This document shows, piece by piece, positions 56,758 to 64,000 of a DNA stretch of 64,000 nt. Below the pieces are notes generated by a model. It was not told where the DNA came from. It saw only the letters and a list, made by a program, of their open reading frames with translations, and did not search any database. Made by a program: the position numbers and the translations under genes. Origin of the DNA: Bacillota bacterium (lineage in GTDB: Bacteria > Bacillota_I > Bacilli_A > RF39 > UBA660); contig SVAK01000001.1 in assembly GCA_015059445.1 (NCBI GenBank), positions 25,951-89,950 on the forward strand, read 5' to 3'. Numbering within the stretch: position 1 is the first letter of the stretch; each line of letters opens with the position of its first letter.

Positions 56758-57290
56758 TGGAAAAGTTATGGTATGTAGTTAATACTTATTCAGGACATGA
56801 AAGCAAAGTTAAAGAAAAATTAGAAGCAAAAATTGAATCAATGGGAATGGAAGATTATATTTTTAGAGTTGTAATTCCAGAAACTACAGAAGTAGAAGTT
56901 AAAGATGGTGTGAAGAAGGAAAAAACAAAAAAAATGTTTCCGGGATATATTTTAGTAGAAATGGTTATGTCAGATGAAGCATGGTATATTGTAAGAAATA
57001 CACCAGGAGTTACAGGATTTATTGGTTCAAGTGGTAAGGGAGCTAAACCTACACCATTATTACCTCAAGAAATAGATCGTATTTTAGTTAACATGGGTAT
57101 GAGTCGTGTTAATGTTGAAGATGATTTAAAAGTTGGAGATTCAGTAAGTATTGTTGATGGACCATTCAAAGGAATGATGGGTAGAGTTGATAATATTGAT
57201 ACTGAAAATAATAGATTAAATATTATTATTGATTTATTTGGTCAAGAAACATCAGTAGATGTAGAATTATTCCAAGTGAGTAAAAATTAA
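56757..57290 (+). CDS. nusG: Transcription termination/antitermination factor NusG
   Basis: 177 aa. NGN domain (MEKLWYVVNTYSGHESKV...), KOW motif (VGDSVSIVDGPFKGMMGRV) and the ATGG overlap with secE. Confidence 0.9.
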   Translation: MEKLWYVVNTYSGHESKVKEKLEAKIESMGMEDYIFRVVIPETTEVEVKDGVKKEKTKKMFPGYILVEMVMSDEAWYIVRNTPGVTGFIGSSGKGAKPTPLLPQEIDRILVNMGMSRVNVEDDLKVGDSVSIVDGPFKGMMGRVDNIDTENNRLNIIIDLFGQETSVDVELFQVSKN

Positions 57291-57314
57291 ACGAGAGTCT
57301 TTCTCGTTTTTTTA
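57289..57314 (+). terminator. Rho-independent terminator after nusG
   Basis: Stem AAACGAGA / TCTCGTTT around loop GTCTT, followed by a T-run. Confidence 0.65.
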
Positions 57315-57373
57315 ATAAAATAGCACTTAATAATTTATTAAGTGCTAAATTCTTTTTAATGCAAGTATAGTAT

Positions 57374-58162
57374 TTAAATATGTTTTAATAATTTTTTTTC
57401 TAACATAACAATTAATTTATATAAAATATAAGATATAAATGCAAGTAGAATAATTCCAGTCATAACTAAATTAAGATTAAAGACTTGTTTACCGTATACA
57501 ATTAAATAACCTATACCTTGTTTACTAACTAAAAATTCTCCCATTATGACACCAATTAATGTTTGAGCTATACATAATTTAAATGAAGCAATTATGGTTT
57601 GATAGCTACTAGGAATTACTAGATGAGTAAGAGTTTGAAATTTAGTGGCATTCAAAGTTTTAAATAGTTTTAAACGATATTCATCAGTATTTTGAAATCC
57701 ATTGTAAATGGTAATAATACTTACAATTAAATTTATAAGCAAAGCCATAATAATAATACTTTTAGTATTTGCTCCAAAAATAATTATAATAAGGGGGCCT
57801 AAAGCTACTTTAGGAAGGGAATTAAGCATTGTTAAAAATGGATCAACAATTTTAGCTAAAGTTTTACATTCGTATAAAATAAGGGCAATTATAAAACCTA
57901 AAGATATACCAAGCATAAAAGAAATTAATACTTCAATTAAAGTAGTATAAATATGAATAAAAAAATTGTTATTTATAATAAGTTCATTTATAGTTTTAAT
58001 TATTCTTGAAGGGCTAGAGTAGATGAAGGCACTAATAATACCTAAGTTTACCAAGAATTCCCAAATAAATAAAAATAAAACAATAATTAAAACTTGAAAG
58101 AAGAATATTTTTAATTTAGCCAATTTTATTTTTTTTAAAAAATTTTGTTGTTCAAGACTCAT
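57374..58162 (-). CDS. ABC transporter permease (NitT/TauT nitrate/sulfonate/bicarbonate family)
   Basis: Six-TM permease. Last gene of the SBP-ATPase-permease operon on the minus strand. Confidence 0.75.
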   Translation of the reverse strand: MSLEQQNFLKKIKLAKLKIFFFQVLIIVLFLFIWEFLVNLGIISAFIYSSPSRIIKTINELIINNNFFIHIYTTLIEVLISFMLGISLGFIIALILYECKTLAKIVDPFLTMLNSLPKVALGPLIIIIFGANTKSIIIMALLINLIVSIITIYNGFQNTDEYRLKLFKTLNATKFQTLTHLVIPSSYQTIIASFKLCIAQTLIGVIMGEFLVSKQGIGYLIVYGKQVFNLNLVMTGIILLAFISYILYKLIVMLEKKLLKHI

Positions 58163-58901
58163 TTATATCTAAATCCTTCCAAATAATATCAAAATATTTA
58201 TGAAAATTAGCATCTTTTCTTCTTTCATATATTGATTCCTGATTTGAAATATCTATTGTTATAATATTTTTAATCAAAGCTGGTCTTTTTGATAAAATAA
58301 TAATTTTATCAGAAAATATAATAGCTTCTTCAATATTATGCGTTACTAAAATAACGGTTTTATTTTCTTTTTTGATTAATTTATAAACATCATCACTTAT
58401 TAATAATCTTGATTGTTGGTCTAAGGCACTGAAAGGTTCATCTAAAAGTAATAAATCAGGTTTTAATGCTAAAGTTCTAATTAATGCTAGTCGTTGTTTC
58501 ATTCCTCCAGATAAACTTTTAGGATAATTGTTTTTAAACTCAATTAAATTATAAAAATTCAATAAATAATCAACATATTCTAAATTTTCTTTAGTAAGCT
58601 TATTTTGAATTTTTAATCCTAAAATGGCATTTTCATAGATTGTTAACCAAGGAAGTAGGGCATCACTTTGTAACATATAAGCAATTTTTATGTCATCATT
58701 ATTTAAAATACATCCAGAATAATTTTTATCTAGATTGGCAACGATTGTTAAAAGTGTAGATTTACCACATCCCGAAGGTCCAACTAAAGAAATAATTTGG
58801 CCTTTTTCTATTTCCAAATTAAAATCTTTAATCGCAGCGATTTCGCCTTCCTTAGTATGATAATTTTTAGTTATATTTTTAATTTCTAATAAATTATTCA
58901 T
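58152..58901 (-). CDS. ABC transporter ATP-binding protein
   Basis: Walker A GPSGCGKST, signature LSGGMKQRLALIR and Walker B LLLLDEPFSALD. Confidence 0.9.
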   Translation of the reverse strand: MNNLLEIKNITKNYHTKEGEIAAIKDFNLEIEKGQIISLVGPSGCGKSTLLTIVANLDKNYSGCILNNDDIKIAYMLQSDALLPWLTIYENAILGLKIQNKLTKENLEYVDYLLNFYNLIEFKNNYPKSLSGGMKQRLALIRTLALKPDLLLLDEPFSALDQQSRLLISDDVYKLIKKENKTVILVTHNIEEAIIFSDKIIILSKRPALIKNIITIDISNQESIYERRKDANFHKYFDIIWKDLDINES

Positions 58902-59883
58902 ATAAATTATTTACCAAATCTTTATAGTAAACATCATCTTTTATTAATTTATTATCTTTAAGTAAATTCACTAAAGTATTATAAAAACTTTCTTTAACCA
59001 AAGGATTAACAAGCCACGCATCAGCATTTTTATATCGATCAATCATAATAGCTAAATCTTCTAATTTAGTATCACTAAATTGTTGTTGAATAACTTTTGC
59101 GGTATCTACACCTTCATGAGTTAATGTATAATCCATTCCTTTTTTTATAGCATTTGTAAATTTAGTTAATAATTCTTTATTTTCTGTAATATAACTTTTT
59201 CTTGCATAAAAAGCTGTATAAGGAAATTCTCCAGAAACTTTACCAACGCTTTCTACAACATAACCATTTTTATTATCTTCTAATTTTGATGCTAAAGGCT
59301 CAAATAAATTTACATAATCACCATCTCCACCAATAAATGATCCAGAAAGTTCTGCAAATTCAATTGATGTATTAATATTGATTTTATCTTTAGCTATACC
59401 TTTATTTTCTAGTGCTTTTAAGAAACTTAAGGCAGGCATTCCAGTACTTCTTCCAATTAAAATTTCTTTACCTATTAAATTATTCCAATCAAATTTTTCA
59501 TTACTTCTAGATAAAATAAATTGACCATCTCTTTTAGTAAGACCAGAAAATACTTGTAAGTAATCTTTTTCTTTACCTAAATAAACATAGATTGCTGATT
59601 CTGGTCCGGCAAGTCCAACTTCAGTGTCGCCAGATAAAACGGAAGCTGCAACATTATCACTACCACTTACTAACATCAAGTCAATTTCAATACCTTCTTC
59701 TTCAAAGTATCCATTTTCTATCGCCACATAAAATGGAGTATAGAAAATACTATGGGTAACTTCAGCCACTTTAATTGTTTCTAAATTGCTGTCATCCTTA
59801 TTTTTAAAAAATAATCCAATTACTAAAACAATAATAATAATTGTTAATAAACTGACTAAAATATATAAAATATTTTTTTTCAC
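58894..59883 (-). CDS. ABC transporter substrate-binding protein (NMT1/THI5-like)
   Basis: N-terminal TM/signal segment. Periplasmic-binding-protein fold of the NMT1 family. First gene of the operon. Confidence 0.6.
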   Translation of the reverse strand: MKKNILYILVSLLTIIIIVLVIGLFFKNKDDSNLETIKVAEVTHSIFYTPFYVAIENGYFEEEGIEIDLMLVSGSDNVAASVLSGDTEVGLAGPESAIYVYLGKEKDYLQVFSGLTKRDGQFILSRSNEKFDWNNLIGKEILIGRSTGMPALSFLKALENKGIAKDKININTSIEFAELSGSFIGGDGDYVNLFEPLASKLEDNKNGYVVESVGKVSGEFPYTAFYARKSYITENKELLTKFTNAIKKGMDYTLTHEGVDTAKVIQQQFSDTKLEDLAIMIDRYKNADAWLVNPLVKESFYNTLVNLLKDNKLIKDDVYYKDLVNNLYE

Positions 59884-60179
59884 ACAAACACTCCTTACAT
59901 AAATAATATATTCATGAGTGTTCCAATGTGATAAAAAGATTAATTATAAAATAATATTCATTTAAAAACGCTCAATTCTTTAACGTAACTCAAAATGTTT
60001 CTTTTTCATGCTTTATTAATTAAATGAATATTATATTTTTTTACATCACTTAATACTTTTTTCATCCAAATGTCTTGATAAAAATTAATAATATAGTTTG
60101 GAACTAATGACTTTTTGTTATAAATTCGCTATAATTAAACTGAAAATATTTTTAAACAAGTATAGAATAGGTGATAATT

Positions 60180-62978
60180 ATGAATTATCTAAAAAGGGCA
60201 ATTATTATTAATAAAATTAAGAAAAATCCAGTTTCATATAGATATTTGAAAAATGATAAAGATAAAGAATATCAAAGTGATTTAACTATTATTAAACACG
60301 TGTTGAAAAAAAGAAAATTTTTTGAAATGAATGTTTTTGTAGAAACAATAGCAAATAATTTTAACCGATTTAATTCAGAAGAAAAAGAATTTATATTTTC
60401 CCATATTTTTGATATATATATTTTATTTCCTGATTTAGCAAAGAAAATCGTTTCTAATTTAGATGAAGAATTTTTAATAAATAATTATATATGCGGTATA
60501 GAAGAACTTTATTCTGATATAGTATTAGTTGAATTATATTCAACTAATACTCAGGAAAAAATTAAATTAGAATTATTTAAACGTATAGAAAATTCAGATT
60601 ATCTGTTAAAAATAGTTTTGGGAAAAATATTATATAATGCAGATAAAATAATTGAAATTTATTGTCATTTTTGTGGTAATTCTAAAAAAGAAAAAATAAT
60701 AAATGAATTTTTACTAGACAAAATAAATCAAAACAAAATAGATAATGAAACTATAATAAGTTTAATTAGCATTAACCCTTTTCTATACGAAAGAATAAAT
60801 AATCAAGAAGTTTTGAATTGGCTTGTTAATCAATTAATTACAAATCATTTGAATTCACTTGTCAACAAGTCAAATAAAAACCAAGAAGTTTTAGATGAAA
60901 TAATAGAAAAATCAAATAATAATTTAAACTTTCTTATTAAAGAAATTTCCAAATTAGATATATCATCAATTGAAAATATAGTTAATAATTTAAATTATAA
61001 TTCACTAAAAAAATTAGTCACTATAAATCCAATTTTTTTTCAATATATAGCAACAAAACCAAATTTTTCTTTAAGGAAATTTTGTGAAAACCTACAAAAT
61101 ATAGAAGAATTAGAGATTTTATTAAAATATTATCCATTTTTTACTATTAAAGGATATCAAAGTACTAGATCGAGTACAGGAATTAGAGGGGAAACAATTT
61201 ATGAAAATTTACCACCTATTGGAGAAATTAATTGTGAATTTTTACTAAAAAATTGTGAATTATTAAATAATATGGATTATAATTTAATAACTTACTTTAT
61301 AAATATCGGCAATAATAGTGAAGTTAAAATTGAATTATTTTTTAATATCCTAAAAAAACTATATGATAAAGATACTTTTAATAATATTTTGCCATCAATA
61401 AATGTTATTTTTAAAAATTTTAATAGATTATATTTTGAATCAGAAACTTTAAAAAATTTTAGAATAGGTGAAGAATATAAGTTTTGTTTCAAATTATTGT
61501 TCAATAAAGAAATACTTTTATCAAACAATCATGAGTTAGTTAATAGTTTTATTCATGACTTCTGCAATAATAAAGAATCAGCAACTGATAAATTTTATCA
61601 AATTATAGGTAACACTTATGGGCAAAAAGCTGTAGCAATTTTAAAATCAAGACCAGGATTAAATATTTTAACAATTTCTTCATTAGAAGTTTTTAGGCCC
61701 GAAATATTAAATAATTTTAAAGAAGGTTTTATTCATGATTTATTATCATACGATGTTTTGGGATTTAATGCTTTCTTGTCTATAATAAAAAATGAAGAAG
61801 ATTTAGAATTATACAAAGTATATTATGAACTGATGTCTAAAGTGCATGGTGAAAACGTTGTTACAATGCAAAAAACTTTTTCAAATTATTTCTATGTAAA
61901 AGATTTAATTAAAGATGCTATTGGTAGAGATTTAACTGATATTCAGCAACTACAACTATTGACTGTTTTGTGTGGAGAATTTAATATATGTAATATAAAA
62001 AATGTAAATCAATTAGATGAATATGATATACTACTAAATAAAAATTTACAATATACTATTAATAGTATTGATAACATAGAACAATTAAAACAAATTCTAT
62101 TTAAAAATTTATTTTCACTAAATTTAGCTGATTATATATATTATAAGGCGCTTCCTTCATATAACATCAATAGTGAATTATATACAGGGGTAAATGAAAA
62201 TGAAATTTTAGTAATGAAAACACTAAATTTTATAAAAGAGTGTAAAAACATAGATGAATTAAAGAATTTTGCGTTTGAAATATTAAAAGAAAGTAATGTT
62301 AGAACTCCTATATCTGCTATAAATTTATTATCAAAAATTAAGAAAAACGAAATTTATTTAATTAATAAAAATCAAAATTATTTAACTCCAACCAAAATTA
62401 ATGAATTAATACAATCAGGTTCATTAGAATTAAGAAAGATAGAGGATGTAGAAATATTAGTATATAAAGAACTGGATTCTTTAAACATAGGGTACATTTG
62501 TCATTCAAGAGGAATAACAATTGATGAATTTTTAACTCTAGAAGGTTCAAGAACCTGTTCAACAATTTCAACATGGGCTCGAGAACACAATGGCTTTTCT
62601 TTATCAAGACTTAATTCACATAGTTTTTTTACACATGTTCCAGATGATACTGAAGTTGTTGCATATTTTGATGGGGATGCTGGTGTTGCAGGAGAAAGTA
62701 AAAAAGTTTATTCAACAAATACACATCCAAAAGAATACAATCCGATGTGTTTCATGTATGGAGAACTTGCATTTTATAGAAGACACAGAGACCACAAAAA
62801 TATTTCAAACAAAAATTATGGTGGTAGAATTATACCAAACTTGTTATTTCAATTAAACTCTGAAAACATAGAATTTGCTAAAAAACATGGTGCTATAATT
62901 ATGTGTTCTGAAGAACAATTTGATGAATATATAAAATTAAATAATTCTATTTTATCTGAAGGAGGTAAAACAAGATGA
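60180..62978 (+). CDS. Large uncharacterised cytoplasmic protein (about 932 aa)
   Basis: ATG 60180 sits 6 nt after AGGTGA. The track's GTG at 60171 overlaps the RBS. No TM helices. Helical, Leu/Asn/Ile-rich. A His-rich C-terminal block (HSRG...HNGF...HSFFTHV...RRHRDH) has no recognisable family. Confidence 0.45.
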   Translation: MNYLKRAIIINKIKKNPVSYRYLKNDKDKEYQSDLTIIKHVLKKRKFFEMNVFVETIANNFNRFNSEEKEFIFSHIFDIYILFPDLAKKIVSNLDEEFLINNYICGIEELYSDIVLVELYSTNTQEKIKLELFKRIENSDYLLKIVLGKILYNADKIIEIYCHFCGNSKKEKIINEFLLDKINQNKIDNETIISLISINPFLYERINNQEVLNWLVNQLITNHLNSLVNKSNKNQEVLDEIIEKSNNNLNFLIKEISKLDISSIENIVNNLNYNSLKKLVTINPIFFQYIATKPNFSLRKFCENLQNIEELEILLKYYPFFTIKGYQSTRSSTGIRGETIYENLPPIGEINCEFLLKNCELLNNMDYNLITYFINIGNNSEVKIELFFNILKKLYDKDTFNNILPSINVIFKNFNRLYFESETLKNFRIGEEYKFCFKLLFNKEILLSNNHELVNSFIHDFCNNKESATDKFYQIIGNTYGQKAVAILKSRPGLNILTISSLEVFRPEILNNFKEGFIHDLLSYDVLGFNAFLSIIKNEEDLELYKVYYELMSKVHGENVVTMQKTFSNYFYVKDLIKDAIGRDLTDIQQLQLLTVLCGEFNICNIKNVNQLDEYDILLNKNLQYTINSIDNIEQLKQILFKNLFSLNLADYIYYKALPSYNINSELYTGVNENEILVMKTLNFIKECKNIDELKNFAFEILKESNVRTPISAINLLSKIKKNEIYLINKNQNYLTPTKINELIQSGSLELRKIEDVEILVYKELDSLNIGYICHSRGITIDEFLTLEGSRTCSTISTWAREHNGFSLSRLNSHSFFTHVPDDTEVVAYFDGDAGVAGESKKVYSTNTHPKEYNPMCFMYGELAFYRRHRDHKNISNKNYGGRIIPNLLFQLNSENIEFAKKHGAIIMCSEEQFDEYIKLNNSILSEGGKTR

Positions 62979-63070
62979 AATTTAACATAGATTTAGAAAA
63001 ATTGGAGAAACAAAAATTATTAAAACTTTATAATATCATATTGAAGTTAAAAAATAGGATACAAAAATAA
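62975..63070 (+). CDS. Possible 31-aa coiled-coil micropeptide coupled to the upstream large gene
   Basis: ATGA overlap with the upstream stop. GGAGGT RBS 8 nt upstream (62961-62966). Sequence MKFNIDLEKLEKQKLLKLYNIILKLKNRIQK. Confidence 0.25.
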   Translation: MKFNIDLEKLEKQKLLKLYNIILKLKNRIQK

Positions 63071-63239
63071 GATATTTTATAGTGTTTTATGAAATAGATA
63101 TACTTCAGGAGAAAATATATTAGGACCAGTTAATGAGAGCGAAATATCCAAACAAAAAAATTACAAAATCCAGACGCTTGTAAAAAAAATCAATTAGTGA
63201 TAAAATAATAATATCTTTTGAGAAAGAGATATTATAAAT

Positions 63240-63316
63240 AGCCCGTTGGTGAAGCGGTTTAACACACTGCGTTCTCAGCGCAGCATTCACGGGTTCGAAC
63301 CCCGTACGGGTTACCA
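63240..63316 (+). tRNA. tRNA-Glu, anticodon read as CUC
   Basis: Manual cloverleaf. Acceptor AGCCCGT / ACGGGTT with A1:U72 and G2:U71. D-arm GTG..CAC with a GAAGCGGTTTAAC-type loop. Anticodon stem CTGCG/CGCAG, loop TTCTCAG. T-arm ACGGG-TTCGAAC-CCCGT. Discriminator A plus encoded CCA. The body closely resembles Bacillus tRNA-Glu. Confidence 0.8.
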
Positions 63317-63323
63317 ATAAAAT

Positions 63324-63363
63324 AAAAAAACATGATACTATTTTCTAGCATCATGTTTTTTTC
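63324..63363. terminator. Bidirectional rho-independent terminator between the tRNA and typA
   Basis: Stem AACATGATACTA / TAGCATCATGTT (one mismatch), loop TTTTC. A-run 63322-63330 and T-run 63356-63362. The right arm overlaps the last codons of typA. Confidence 0.6.
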
Positions 63364-64000
63364 TTAATTCTGTATTTAAAATTACTTTTCTAAGTCTTAT
63401 ATGATTTGGTGTAACTTCAACAAGTTCATCTTGATTAATGTAATCTAAAGCATACTCTAAAGTTATTGGTCTTGGTCTTTTTAATACTACAGTTTTATCA
63501 GATGAAGCAGCTCTTGTATTAGTAAGTTCTTTACCTTTAACAACATTTATAGCAAGGTCATTATCACGATTACACTCACCAACAATCATCCCCTCATAAA
63601 CTTCAGCATTTGGTTCAATAAACATAATTCCACGATCTTCAAGTTGACCTAAACTATAAGCTGTTGCTTTACCAGTTTCGCTAGAAACCAAAACACCTAA
63701 TTTTCTTTCGCCTAAATCTACATTTGCGTGAGGACCATATTCTTTAAATGTATGATTCATAATTCCATAACCTTTAGTTAAAGTCATAAAATTAGTAGCA
63801 AATCCAATCAATCCACGAGATGGAATAGTGTATGTTATTCTTGTTAAAGTTCCTATGTGAGTCATATTATCCATTATTGCACCACGAGAACTTAATTCTT
63901 CGATAACGCCGCCCATGTATTCATCATCAACTTCAATTTGTAAATCTTCATAAGGTTCACATTTTACACCATCTATTTCTTTAACAATTACTTTTGGTTT
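63338..64000 (-). CDS. typA: Translational GTPase TypA/BipA, C-terminal part (gene continues beyond the window end)
   Basis: The C-terminal region (GIMNHTFKEYGPHANVDLGERKLGVLVSSETGKATAYSLGQLEDRG...) matches the BipA-specific C-terminal domain. The ORF is open up to position 64000. Confidence 0.8.
   Translation of the reverse strand, partial: KPKVIVKEIDGVKCEPYEDLQIEVDDEYMGGVIEELSSRGAIMDNMTHIGTLTRITYTIPSRGLIGFATNFMTLTKGYGIMNHTFKEYGPHANVDLGERKLGVLVSSETGKATAYSLGQLEDRGIMFIEPNAEVYEGMIVGECNRDNDLAINVVKGKELTNTRAASSDKTVVLKRPRPITLEYALDYINQDELVEVTPNHIRLRKVILNTELRKKHDARK

Noticed and set aside
59884-60179. Checked the 290-nt leader of the minus-strand NMT1-family ABC uptake operon for a TPP riboswitch
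   Set aside because: No CUGAGA or GGGG-box elements occur on the relevant strand. The region is almost pure A/T, so no riboswitch is called.
63120-63317. 65-aa minus-strand ORF
   Set aside because: It overlaps the tRNA-Glu gene on the opposite strand. The tRNA cloverleaf is far better supported.
1-64000. Looked for CRISPR arrays, rRNA genes and IS elements
   Set aside because: No regularly spaced direct repeats, no rRNA-like conserved segments and no transposase-like ORFs were seen.

Overview
This is a chromosomal segment from a very AT-rich, low-GC Firmicute that uses the standard genetic code (long uninterrupted ORFs). It is probably a Clostridia-like spore former, judging from a tandem pair of CotF-like genes, a SigH-like sigma factor, an archaeal-type ProRS and fhs. 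All functional calls were made by eye from motifs; I could not run BLAST, HMM searches or composition calculations.

Housekeeping genes flank the window: a P-type ATPase 3' end, a heterodimeric ABC exporter pair, two flavoproteins, a radical SAM gene, rlmB plus a sigH-like gene, a Zn-ADH, proS, fhs, uvrB, secE-nusG, an ABC uptake system, tRNA-Glu and a typA 3' end.

The centre of the window (about 24.6-49.6 kb) is a cluster of 22 genes, all on the + strand and tightly spaced, with several near-consensus internal sigma-A-like promoters. It has three parts:
(i) Two Cys-rich secreted or surface proteins, including a 1224-aa giant.
(ii) A Tad/Flp-like (type IVc) pilus module: CpaB-like, a TadA/CpaF/VirB11-family ATPase, TadB-like, TadC-like, a degenerate TadZ/CpaE-like protein and five pilin-like proteins. 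The pilin-like proteins share a non-canonical MKE(A/S)..G leader.
(iii) A Gram-positive (MPF-FA/FATA-like) type IV secretion module: three paralogues sharing a conserved C-terminal two-helix membrane hairpin, a VirB6-like giant, a VirB3-like protein, a VirB4 ATPase split into two coupled ORFs, a PrgK-like M23 plus lysozyme-like hydrolase, a VirB8-like candidate and a VirD4/TraG-type coupling protein with a PMNNP-repeat tail.

No relaxase, integrase, recombinase, transposase, prepilin peptidase or CRISPR is present anywhere in the window. The cluster therefore looks like a chromosomally fixed, possibly undescribed hybrid of a Tad-type filament and a Gram-positive T4SS, not an obvious ICE. The conserved Firmicute sigH-(rpmG)-secE-nusG synteny is broken here by about 44 kb that includes this cluster.
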